Of a stretch of 35,691 nucleotides of DNA, positions 1 to 12,804 are shown piece by piece. The stretch spans positions 4,483 to 40,173 of the forward strand of contig NW_014577082.1 in assembly GCF_000485595.1 (NCBI RefSeq), in the 5' to 3' direction. Below the pieces are notes generated by a model. The model did not search any database and had not been told where the DNA came from. It saw only the letters and a program-made list of their open reading frames with translations. The first letter of the stretch is position 1; each line of letters starts with the position of its first letter. The position numbers and the translations under genes are program-made. This DNA is from Priapulus caudatus (taxonomy: Eukaryota).

Positions 1-93
1 GTATGTATGTATGTATGTATGTATGTATGTATGTATGTATGTATGTATGTATGTATGTATGTATGTATGTATGTATGTATGTATGTATGTATG
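1..93. repeat. (GTAT)n microsatellite
   Basis: Perfect tetranucleotide run at the window start. Confidence 0.98.
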
Positions 94-1766
94 GAACGGA
101 GAGGAGAGGAATGGAAATAGAAAGCAGTGCATTTATCTACTAATTCCTCTCCTCTCCATAGTTTTATTGCTATTTTCTCGTCTGCGTGCTTGCCTGCCGT
201 ACGCCGTCTGCCTTCCAGTGGATTACATAACAGGATTTATTGCACGGTCGTTCCACCGATGCAACCAACATCGAAGGTTTTCCCGCTAAATCATGCAGAA
301 GTATAAATGTGGTATTATGAAATTTCGCGCTGGCGCTTTTTTTCAAGAAATCTGAATCGCGATAAAAAAATTGTTTCACGCGCGCGCGCGGTGATACGTT
401 TTATTGAATACTTTAAATTATTATAGCAAGTGTTCGACAAACGCAAACACGAGAGCGAGCTGTTTTATAGCAGCATTTAAGGAAGCATAAATAACGGCGT
501 TATTTCCCTCGAAAAATCATTTCGATTCGAGTTTTAGCCGCAGAGAAGTTTGCAATAAACAACAGTTTTTGAAAACGCGAGAGAATGCGCCAAATGATGT
601 TTTCAATAATTTATCGCGAAATATCATAAGCGATCGTATTATTTATGGACGCTCTATATCACCCATAAATGAAACGCATTTGCATATTAAATGATAATTG
701 TGGTTACGTTCTTAGACGAGTGCAAGTTTGCGTAATTGCTGTGAGCGGCTGAGATCGGGATCGTCGTCACGTGATCTTGCCGCCCCGCGCGCGCCGAGAC
801 GCCACGGCAATCCTCTTCACGCGTCGTCTGCCCAACCGCCGCCATCTTGTCCCGCCTTGACGAGGCATGCAGCATGCACAACAACGACGACGGAGGGCGT
901 TCGTCTTCAACGCTTTCATTATGATGAGGCGTTTTGAATAGAGAGTTTGAGAGTGTTGTCGAGACCGCACGCGGAGTAGAGAACGGTAAACAATCGGGCG
1001 GTCAGTGTCTATAGTCGTAAAGATGTCGCAGCGACTGAGCGGCATATGAATGGTACGTATAACTCACAGGACGCTAACAAAAGACGAGCGATGTCCCGCC
1101 GCTGTCGCCGCCGCCTTTATATGCATATAATTGTAATCTAAACGTATCGCGTTGCATTCGACAAAATAAGATATTCGCAAATATTTGCGCGATGAACTTT
1201 CGCGCTGTTTTGCAGAACTAGCGGGTGTGAAACCGTTGCGCAACGTAGACGTTTGTGCGGCATAGCGGGAACATCTAACATCTAATTGCAGTATGCGAAT
1301 CTGTATGCTGAGCTGGTATCAGACCATGATACTGGTTCTGGGAAATGTTGCTTAAGCCCTGTGTGAACAATTCTGAGATTTTAGTCGCACAAAGCACATT
1401 TTTGAAGCGGTTATTTTAGACGAATGTGTCTGCCTATATGAATTGCGCAGATGCATTGCGCGTGTTTCGGCGTGACAGGTAGAGAGAGAGCACGAGTTTA
1501 CAAAACTATTGACATTTGAGATACTACTCACTAGTTTTCAGCAAAATCTCAATGAAAAACTGGACTTTGTTGGTCTTCAGTGGGAGGGCTACACAAATCA
1601 TTTAAATAAATTGCCAAAATATTAGCAAATTATGATAGAATGCGTTTATAGATAGAAACCCGACTCCCAAATGGAAATAAAGACTTTAGTGTATACAGGT
1701 GAGTTCACATAATGTGAAATATACACATACTATGACGCCGACTTCCGCCGCTGTATATACTGACTT

Positions 1767-1949
<183 letters not shown>

Positions 1950-2578
1950 AGTGCCGCTCTCTCTGCCTCTCTATACTTGTGCCAATTGATCATCTATTAT
2001 ATATGCGCTCGTTCACCTATTCACGCAGCTATTTCTTGACAGTATCGCCTAGTGTAGAGTTAGCCGCTCTTTGCACGTTTATTGTAGTGGAGTGCTATCG
2101 GTTTGGTACACATCGGCAGTCTAAGCTCACAGGTGTGAAACGCGACATTGCCTGAACGTACACATGGCGCGATGGAACCTAATAAGGCGGGTAGGCTGCG
2201 ACAATAGCAACAGTCACAATAGAAATGGAGAAATATCAGCCGAGAATAACACTCCGTAATTTGCCGAATCGATATTTCCATAGCGAGAGCGAAAGACAAC
2301 ACCACACTGCATCGATTACTTATTCAAGCAAACGCATTTCGAAAATACGTTATATTGCTAATACGCAAACAACTGAAACGGTCGAGTAAAGAGTAGTTAG
2401 TATAAAGAAATGCGCTATGTGTAATGTATAGTCCCGCGCTTAATGTATGAAAGTTTGTGGTGCCTGCTGACTACATGGAAAGTACACCATCATGTTAGGT
2501 TATGTAATATACACGAATGGATTGGTACATGCTCTCAACAATGACGTTCATGCCGTTTTATCCTTATGTATGTGGCCG

Positions 2579-3207
2579 CGTGCTTGCCTGTTTGTGTGCG
2601 TGCTTGCCTGGTTGTGTGCGTGCGTGCGTGTGTGCGTGCGTGCGTGCGTGCGTGTGCGCGTGCTTGCCTGTTTGTGTGCGTGCTTGCCTGGTTGTGTACG
2701 TGCGTGCGTGCGTGTGTGCGTGCTTGCCTGTTTGTGTGCGTGCTTGCCTGGTTGTGTACGTGCGTGCGTGCGTGTGTGCGTGCTTGCCTGTTTGTGTGCG
2801 TGCTTGCCTGGTTGTGTACGTGCGTGCGTGCGTGTGTGCGTGCTTGCCTGTGTTGTGGTGCGTGTTTGCCTGCGTTGTGTGCGTGCTTCCTGGTTGTGTG
2901 CCGTGCTTGCCTGGGTGTCGCGTGCTTGTCTGGTTGTGTGCGGCTTGCCTTGGTTGTGTGCGTGCTTGCTTGTTTGTGTGCGTGCTGCTGGTTGTGTGAG
3001 TGCTTTGTCTGGTTGTGTGGCGTGCTTGCCTGGTTGTGTGCGTGCTTGACCTGGTTGTGTGCGTGCTTTGCTGTTGTGTTGCGTGCTTGCCTTGGTTGTG
3101 TGCGTGCTTGTCTGGTTGTGTGCGTGCTTGCCTGGTTGTGTGCGTGCTTGCCTGGTTGTGTGCGTGCTTGCCTGGTTGTGTGCGTGCTTGCTTGGTTGTG
3201 TGCGTGC
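2579..3207. repeat. 20-bp minisatellite (cgtgcttgcctggttgtgtg) with a 60-bp higher-order unit
   Basis: 2701-2760 is identical to 2761-2820. Regular to ~2850, irregular 2850-3110, regular 20-mers 3110-3200. Confidence 0.93.
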
Positions 3208-5335
3208 CGTGTGGTTACCAGCTTGCATGTGGTGCATGTCGTGCATAACTGTGTTGTGCGCCGCGCGTCGCTCTGTCTGGCGTGCTGCATGCGTGCGCGT
3301 GAGCAACCTGCATGCGTTCGTGGCATGAAGGGCGTACGTGCGTGCGTCTCTGAATTGTCATTCAGTAATCAATTAATTTTCTACATTCTTTTCCGCCGAC
3401 ATACAATTTCTGTGGGCCTTGTTTTTCTAGAACATCAATCACCGAGCAATAATTGTTGGCAACTGAGCACTACGCGCTCAATCATATATAGAAACTCGCT
3501 TTTCCCGCGTTAATTCTAAACCAAAACAATGGCGAAGCTGGCCGCCTACCGCCCTTGCTCGCGGTCAAATTTTTATCTCGCGATTTTTTTTATAAGCGCG
3601 ATCTAATTCTACGCGTAAAATTTTTTCTGACAGCTGCTGATCGCAATTACGTGGCTGTTAAAATTCCGCAACGTGATCGGAGAGCGGCTAAATAACAGCA
3701 GGAGAAGCAAATCTCTCATCGCCGCAAGCTGATTTGGCCGATCCCCGTTACTGATCAATTCCGGCGGTGAATGTGAAAGGTCGCGCCTAGCACTAGAGAC
3801 GGACTGCGGGACCATCCGCTGACAGAAGGAGCATGCACCGGCGCGACGAATCTGTCATGGCGTATTACTAGAATTCGACGGTTTTTAAAACGACTAATTA
3901 AACCATCGAATGAAAATTATTTCGTTCGCATTTTTATTCGGGGATATCCGCCTGGGGCCGAATGAAAATTTAATTCCATTCCAAAGATCGGCGTCACGTG
4001 AAAAGCATGACTCATTTTTTTTTAAGGGGGTTCTCGTTCGGGAGGCCAGGATGCGGCGTCTGAATGCAATGGCGGCGCTGATGATTGTGCAACGGCGCAT
4101 GTGCAAAGCGCACATAAACAAGAAACGGCGAGCGTTGGCAGCGCGCATAATTATTGAATAAACTCGCCTTAGATCGATCTGCTTGGAGAAGAGAGAGAGC
4201 GCACTCGCAGCGCTCACGCAGGCATCGTGTACGGCGCGGGCTATGTCACACACGTATGGAGTCAGCGTACATGGGCGTAACCGTACGTAGTGCGTACGAC
4301 ATACTCAACGAATTCATACTAGCCTAGCTACACAACAGATTGGTAGAGTCATCGTCTGTTGTAATGCTAAATGCAGTGCGCGCGCGCGGCGCGAAATTAG
4401 CACAACGCACCGAATCGTATGTAGTGGGAAGCGCGTGGCATCAATTGCGTCACGCGATATATCATTGCGAGTAGGCTACCATGTGTATCATTTGCGCGGC
4501 ACGGGTGTACCGTCATCGCGCGCACGGTAAGACGGGTAATGCAATACGTGCACGCGCAACTGGTTGTATAATTGCGGCACGCGGATGTTGGCCATGCGAG
4601 CACGAATGCATCATAGCACATAGCTGGTGAATCATTGCTCCTCGTGTGGCGACCAACCCGTTTGCGTGTTATTTGTGATTTTTCTAAGGGCATGTAAACG
4701 CACGCGATATTAAATATCTGTAGGCGTTCGCATTACCAACGCGTTTGTTACCGCGCGTGCATCCCACCGCGACACTTCACGCCTATGGGTTATATAATGT
4801 TTATTAATGTAATAAACTAAGCACATCGGGACGACGTCGCATCCCAGCACATCCAAGATTATAATGCTGGCGAGAGACAATTCCTATATGACACTCACTA
4901 TGGCCGAAACTTATCTGATCGCAAGCAAAAATCATCCTAATAGAACATCCGCTGCTAAAGATGCTTGCTTGAATTCCGTCGGCGCATACTCTCACGCGTA
5001 ATTTTTAATCACGGTCATTAGTAATTTCGTCAAGAACTGTGTCCCACCTATCGCGCGTACAAGATGGCGCTCGCAATCTGTACAAATAGCAATATAACAC
5101 TGCGCTGTATGTAAATAAGCGCGTTATTATAATAGCAGCAGCAGGCGTGGCATATATAGAAGAGGCGTAGACACTGAAGATCTCTCTGGCAGATTTTATG
5201 TTCACGTTATTTAACTATTAAGGTCGAATTTAATTCGCACATCCGCTGATGAGAATCCATCACGCGTGACCGGGCGATTACGAGTTAAAACCCTGGCGCA
5301 TGGTACATATGACAACACACATACACCACCATGCA
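3190..5335 (+). repeat. Segment B, direct copy 1 (matches 12805-14836)
   Basis: Shared unique anchors: gttggcaactgagcactacgcgctcaatcatatataga (3454/13078), tagcactagagacggactgcggga (3788/13390), cgcacatccgctgatgagaatccatcacg (5236/14742). Differences are mostly single-base indels. Confidence 0.92.
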
Positions 5336-6237
5336 CGCACGCGCACACACACGACACACAACACCACACACCACGACACACACACACACACACACACTCA
5401 CACACACACACACACACGCACACGCAACAGACCACACACACATACACACACAACAACACACCACACACACACACACGCAGACAGAGAGCACACGCACAAC
5501 CACAACACACACACACGTATACACACACACACAGGACCACGCACACAGCGCAACACACACACACAACACACACAACACACACATCCACACCCACGCCACA
5601 CACACCACACAGCGACACATACATACAACACGCACACGCACACGCACACAGCACACACACGCAACACGGGGGGGGATGAGCTGCAACACCACAACGCATA
5701 CACGCACACATACACACGCCACACCACACCGCAGCACGCGGTCACAGCGCACACGCCACACGTACACGCACACGCACACGCACACGCACACGCACACGCG
5801 CATGCCAGCACGCGCGCACGCACGCACGCACACAACAACACCACACACACACACACACACAAACGCACACGCACACGTATACACAACACACACGCACACA
5901 CACCACGCACACGACACTCTCACACACACCACACACTCACACACACACACCTCACACACGACCACGCACACCAACACACATACATACACACGCACACGCC
6001 ACAGCGCCAACACGCACAACGCACCACGCACACACACACAACGCGAGTCCACACGCACACCACACGAGACATACACGCACACATACACACGCACACGCAC
6101 ACGCACACGCCACACGACACGCACACGCACACGCAACACGCCACATTAACGCACACCACACGCACACGCACCGCACGCACGACCACACGGCACACGCACG
6201 AAACGCACACGACACGCACACGGCACACGCACACGGC

Positions 6238-6283
<46 letters not shown>

Positions 6284-6475
6284 GCGGACCGACGCACACG
6301 CACCACGCACACACGCACACGCACACGACTCGCACACGTCAGCACGGCACGCGCACGCGACATGCACGCCACACGCACACGCACCGACGCACACGCGCAC
6401 ACACACACACAACACACCACAGGCATCACACACACACACACATGCACGCAACACACCACACAAACAAACAAACAA
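5312..6475. repeat. Highly irregular CA/CACG-rich low-complexity tract (exact inverted copy of 5337-6475 at 23634-24772)
   Basis: Composition; mirrored ORF translations are identical. Confidence 0.92.
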
Positions 6476-6999
6476 AAGCAACAAGACGCAGCTGACGCAG
6501 TCACGACTTTAGGGCGACGCACGCACGAAACACACACAGCACGCCTAACCACATCCACATCGCAGCAACATCACACATGGCGCGATATAAATGATATAAG
6601 CGATGACGACGTCGAGCAATTTTCACATTATAGACTCATAACGGTGTCACTAAGCTAATCCCATTAGGAAAGAAAAAAAAACAGACGTGCGCGACTTCCG
6701 CTGGCCGGTGGTGCAGGAGGAAGAATCAACGCCGCTGGATGAAGCTCTACTCTCGGCTGCCGTGCTGGAGGGAGCTTATTGACGGAGCCGCAAGCCGCTG
6801 CTGCCGCCGCTGTTTGTTGGCTGGCGGCGAGTTTGTCATGTTTCGATATAGAGCCGTGAGGAGACGGCGGCGGCCGTCTCGCGGGATTTGTGACTTCTGA
6901 TTAATGATTCATCATGAGCTTTTAAAATGCGATCATCCGTCAATGCCGGACCGAGTTCTGTCGGAAGGAAAGGAGTAGGCCTGGGTCTCGGCCAACTGT

Positions 7000-7415
7000 T
7001 GGCTGCTGCTACTACTGCTGCTGCTGCCGACTGCTGGCAGATGCCGCTGCCGCCGTTGCTACGCTGCTGCTGGCTGCAAACTGCTGCTGCTGCTGCACTG
7101 ACCTGTGCTGCTAGGCTGGCTACTGCGGCTACGCGCTGCTGCTACACTGCTGCTGCGCAGCTGCTGCTGCCGCCTAAGCTGGCTGCTACTGGCTGCTCGC
7201 TATGCTCTACTTTTGCTTCGCTTGCTGCCTGCGCTCTGCTGCTGCTACTGCTGCTGCTGCCGCGCAGCTGCTGTCTGGCTAACTATCTGCTAGCTGCTGC
7301 CCGCTGCTGCTGCTTACTGCTGCACTGCTGCGCTTAGCTGCTGGCTGTGCTGCTTACTGATGGCTACTTGCCGGCTGCGTATCTGCTGGCTGCTGCTACC
7401 TGCTCGCTACTGCGT
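7000..7415. repeat. Degenerate (CTG)n tract (inverted copy ~22688-23105)
   Basis: gctgctgct runs with scattered indels. Confidence 0.88.
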
Positions 7416-8199
7416 TGCACGTGGCGATCGCTCCGCTGCGTGAGTTCGGATACGCTCGGGTGCGCGACCGGCAACGGAACTCACCTGACTGAACGCATGC
7501 TGCTTGCACGACGAAAAAGAATATGAAGAGAAAAATGCGCGTGCCTTCGCGTGTCGCCATCGTAATGAGCAATCATCCGATAGCGTGGGACAGAGACGGG
7601 TTGAACGCAGCGCGGGCGGCTGAGACGTACGACAGGCGCTTTGTCTATAGATGCTGCGATCTAATCATCAGTGGCAGAGAGCGCTGAAGTCTTGCGAGAG
7701 CGAGCGAGAAACGCCAAACGAGAAAAAGAACGGTATGTGAGCGAGTGGGCAAGGGTGGGACGCAAGAGAGACAAGAGAGAGAGAGATGAGAGAGGGGGGG
7801 GCGAAAGAGAAGGAGGGTGGTAGAGAAAGAAGGTCACAAGTAAATAATAGTAAGATAGAAGAGATATGAGTAGATAGAATTGAAAAGAGAAGTGTCGAGA
7901 GACCGACCCGGCGGGGATTGGAAAGGAGATAAAATGTGTGTGAATTGTTAAAAAATAAAATTACTACGAATATATTCAAAACGTAGAATTATATGTGTTC
8001 TTTCTAATCATGCAATGCCGTGCCTGCATCCGCCTATTACACCAGGAAGAGAAATGGAGGGAGCAAAAAAGGCCACGTAAGAGATTGTAATAGAGAGCGA
8101 GAGAGCGCGCGTAAGAAATTGTAATAGAGAGCGAGAGAGAGCACGCAGGAAAAAGCAAGCGAGAGCGAGAGAGAGCACGAGAGCGAGGGAGATAGAAAG

Positions 8200-8291
8200 A
8201 GTGCGAGGAGAAAGAGATAGAGAGAGAGATAGAAGAGACAGAGAGAGAGAGAGAGAGAGAGAAGAGAGAAGAGAGAGGAGAGAGAAAGAGA

Positions 8292-8325
<34 letters not shown>

Positions 8326-8329
8326 AGAA

Positions 8330-8371
<42 letters not shown>

Positions 8372-8374
8372 AGA

Positions 8375-8455
<81 letters not shown>

Positions 8456-8504
8456 GGAAAGACAGAGAGAGAGACAGAAGATGAGAGAGAGAGAGAGAGA
8501 GAGA

Positions 8505-8578
<74 letters not shown>
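8200..8578. repeat. (GA)n microsatellite (inverted copy ~21500-21920)
   Basis: Long AG run. Confidence 0.95.
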
Positions 8579-8580
<2 letters not shown>

Positions 8581-9751
8581 CATGCATGGTTACTCTCCTT
8601 GTAATCGTATTGAAGAGCAAATCGCTATGAATGTATGCGAGAATCAAGCTCAACTATTGAGCGCTGACTCATCTCTGTATGAACTGATTTCGTTCTCGAA
8701 ACTAGCAGAGCTCATTCAGCCTCGATTCGCCGCCATTTCTCCCCGGCCGCGGCCGGTACACCGATAATGAAATTATTTTCCCGTACATCAAAAGTAATAT
8801 CAAGTTCAACCTGCGCATCAAAAGGCAATGGCGAAGTTAAATACACAGTGTTTGCAGACGGGGCGCCTTCAATGCACACTGCGTTCGGTGTAGTGCTTTA
8901 CTCGCGCAGAGTTCAGGCTCCTCGAGGGCCGCAAAGCACGCTGCCGTAATATTGCAACTCCTCGACACCCACAATGCAATGCGAGTTCGAACAACACGAC
9001 TGACAATGGCACAATGCAATGCGAACATGTACGCGCGTGCAAATAAAACGAACGCGTGACATTGATGAATCCAGAGAGAGAATGACGAATAGACGAATGC
9101 GCGCGCGCGCGATTTATGTAGCTTTCGAGTGCTTTTATGAGATTGCAGCGATTTCCTTCTCATAAAGTGTTTGAATGTTGGGCACTTAAGGAGTAAAATA
9201 CGCATGGCTGCAGCTGAAAAGTTACAGAAGCAAAGAGCTTTTCTCGATGGCGCTCAATTTGCCGTTACGAGTACAAACTGAAATTCCTTAACGTTCTCGT
9301 GGAGTCGCCGATTCTTTCGACTGATAATGGCGACAAACAACGACAACCATTTTCCATAAATGGTGCCTTTTCTTCGCGGGAAGAATGTAACTGTCCGATA
9401 GACACGGTCCACTCGCGGGCAGCAGCAGCAGCATCGGCCATCTCGTGTGGAATGCCAATGCCTGAGCGCTAGCCCTCCCTCTTAGCGAATATTCTTTTGC
9501 AGTGATAGACAGAAGTATAGATAAATAATGCTTAATTCGCATTCAGAGTTCTCTCGCGTTTCATGCCGCGTGTCATGTAGCATACTCTACAGCGCGTGAA
9601 CAATTGAACGCGCACAATATTTGCATGTCTTGCGGGGATTTCGTTTATTTGCCGTGCAAAAACCTTCGTGCATGTTTTTGTAGTTGTTCTCTAAAATGTT
9701 ACGCTTGCCGCGCGGCGCAAATGTCGTCTGAATTCGTAAGGCCGGTGACTT

Positions 9752-9823
9752 GAACTTAGATTCAACTTAGATTCTTAGATAGATTCTTAGATAGATTCAA
9801 CTGAGATAGAACTTAGATTCAAC
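9752..9823. repeat. Short tandem repeat of aacttagattc / ttagatagattc
   Basis: About 6 degenerate 11-12-bp units, mirrored near 19315-19385 and 20210-20280. Confidence 0.7.
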
Positions 9824-12431
9824 ACGTCTTCAATCTTCGAAAATAATAAGTTGGATTCTGACACAAAGCAGTTATTATGTGAAGCAGAAGTTCAAGAAAA
9901 ATTGATTCTAAAGGTCGAAATGATTTCGCTGGCTAACAATGACAAGCAAACTTAAAACGAACGCAGAATGCATATAGTCAACAGAAAAAAAAGTTGACCA
10001 TTACACAGATGAAGATGCGTTGTTATTGGGCACATGCATAGAGCAAGAGAACTCATTAAACACGTACTTGTTTATGTAACACGTCTGTTAAATCCATGTT
10101 GTTTTTAATTTGCACCGAGTGAAAACGGAATGGGCAGATGCACGCGGCGCCGCAAGGTGTCTTTCATGTGTTTCTTCAATTCGATTATTGAACGCAAACT
10201 TTTGAATATTATATTTCGAACAAAAGCACCGATAATATGCTTATTAAAACTTATTAGTGGTGTACATTAGCTTATCAAGTATAATGCTTCACAAATCCAA
10301 AAGGATCCTTTTAGAGGATAAATGTTTTACTGTGCACACCGTTGATAAACTGCACTAATTATGAAAACCAATCAAAATAGTAATTAGCTTGGTTAATTAG
10401 ATGCACCGCTTGCATTTTCCACTCCCTGGAGTATAGGCCATCGAGGGATGCCTGATACATGATGGCACACCAAAAACAAAACATACATTATTTATTCCCA
10501 TTAATCGATTTAACGGAGCTTTAAATTTTGTCTTTTTATAATTATGTTTTAGAGCCAGCTATGTTGCCCGTCTGGATTAAAATGTTTTAAAATTTCTAAA
10601 CCCCCATCACAGCACGATATGCACTCGTGACTATTGACGCTTCCAGGACAATGCATGGCCGCATGCTTAATTGATGTAATATTCCTACTGGCTATGCAAG
10701 CATTCGAACGTTCGAGTGGTCGACGCATAGATTTAAATTGCTATCAAATTTGAAACAACAATACACTTTCGATATAATTGTACACTCATATAAAAGCGTG
10801 TGTGTTTTTATTGGAACGTTGTGTATATAATATAACAAATCGATAATGACTTTGGGAATGAATCAAAGGAAATCGCAATGAGCTGCGCGTATTTAGAACG
10901 CGATAACATCATACATCCATCAACGTTGATATACGAGTAGAAAATATACGAAACAATGGTCGAACATACTTCAACCTTCAGTCCCACGGCGAGCTGCCTG
11001 AGTATTTTCCTTAAATATAAACCTGCGAGTAATGTCTATCGACCCTACTCACAATACACGTGTTATCAAAGGCATACCACTGCCCTATACTCGCAATGAT
11101 ACATTTTTGACGTTAAATAAACATAAATAGGCCATTGCATATTTTCAGATTATATAAATTTATGTAATCGTACACGTTCAACATTCCACCGTAACATAAC
11201 GTCGGCTACACACGCACGCTCGTGATCACATCATCAAGTCCTCGATACTACCACTTGTTTCCCCGCGTAACTGATGCGGCCCTTACCGCCAGCACGTACT
11301 ACTATCGGTTAAATCATCGATGTTGCGTCATGTCGGCGTGTGCAGCTGGCTTTTAAATGCTAATTACGGCATGTTTGTTGCGCGCCAGCGTCGGCTGCGC
11401 AAATGTAAACAACCTTAGTCGCGAATCACTTCTTCTTCCTCTTCTTCCTCTTCTTGTTCTGCTTTTTCTTCTTGTGAGCAGGATGTTTTTTGGAGTCGCG
11501 CTTCGAAATGCCGAATGTACTGTTACGGTTTGAAAATTGAGTTAACTTTCCCGCCTGCTACGTGTACGAGCGCAGACAAGCATTCTCCCAGATTAGATGT
11601 TTGAACGCGCAGACGTGCTCACGCCCATATGCATAAACACTCGCACGAACGCACGAACACAGGCGCAATCGCAAATACACACACGCACACACACTCACAC
11701 ACACACACGCGCGCGCGCACGCACACACACGCACAATACGCACAGACACGCACACACACGCAACACCCCTCCGCACACACACACGCGCACACCGAGGTGT
11801 GTAGCAGCAGATAGGCAGAGCACCTCTTTCCCCATCATCGTCCCTGTTCTGGGTAGTCCCTATACCGGTGTAAGAAGAGCGCTCTGGGGATGGTAAGTAA
11901 CGAACCTATTCTGACCAGCTACAACACTGGCACAGAAAAAAATTCCCTGATTTTTCGCAAATATCGATTTAACGCTAAGCCATTGTATCCTGGCTGAAAC
12001 ACTAAAGTTACCTTCTGATAAGTGTAAGGTTGCGACATGGTGCCTGTTAGTTATTTTTGAAGCATTTAATTAAGATATCATCTATCACGTGTGCTAGGCG
12101 CCGTGCATGGTTAGCAGGAACGCTGTTTTAGGTGTTTACGGCTAACCAGTTTGATGGGTGCATTGCCGACACGGAAAAGTCGCCAAAGAAGTATTTGCTA
12201 AAGATGGGAGCAGAGCGTGTAGTGCCACGTGTGTGGAAGGAGTGCGTTAAAGCAGATGGGCGTGTCTGTGTGTGCGGGCGTGTGTGCCAGAGGTTTGTAC
12301 GCACCCGCGTAAAACCCCGCTCCACATCCAGACGGCGCTCGCATCGCACAAACGCCTTGAACATTATTCCCACCTCCCCCCTCCTCTCCCCCTCTCTCTC
12401 TCTCTCTCTCCGCCTCCAACAACGACGCCCG

Positions 12432-12724
12432 TCACTCAACTCCTTCGTGCGACGGCGACCTTACGGAGCGTATAGATGGCGCTCGCGTCGGTGGCGTGAA
12501 TCCGAACTCGGCCTCCGGCTCGACTTTGAAGACGTCCTTGAGCCAGTAGTCGCGTGTTTTCAGACAGACGATGACGCTGACGAGGATGGCGACGAGCAGC
12601 GAGGCCGTGAGGAAGGCGATGGCGATGGTGAAGCCGGTGCGGCTGATGCAGGCAACCTCCTCCCTGCTGCCGTCACCGTCGCCGCCGCTGCCGCCGCCGC
12701 GTTGCTTCAGCGCCGTGTCGCTCG
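12432..12724 (-). CDS. ZP-domain protein, terminal coding exon 9: TM helix and cytoplasmic tail (PSDTALKQRGGGSGGDGDGSREEVACISRTGFTIAIAFLTASLLVAILVSVIVCLKTRDYWLK...HEGVE*)
   Basis: Acceptor gatttccag|CG completes the phase-1 codon of exon 8 (C+CG=Pro). 96 sense codons follow, then TGA. The juxtamembrane 'C-I-S...F' followed by a ~24-aa hydrophobic helix is typical of cuticlin-type ZP proteins. Not in the ORF track. Confidence 0.88.
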
Positions 12725-12770
12725 CTGGAAATCAATCCTCCGGTTAGCTCAACGTGTGTGTGTATGTGTG

Positions 12771-12802
<32 letters not shown>

Positions 12803-12804
12803 TG

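Noticed and set aside
1..93. Same (GTAT)n at both window ends suggesting a circle or telomeric repeat
   Set aside because: Common microsatellite. Assemblies typically break at such runs, and no unique sequence is shared between the ends.
1652..1704. Possible small + strand exon ending CAG|gtgagt
   Set aside because: Only a splice-like motif. The 15-aa peptide is unrecognisable and has no partner exons.
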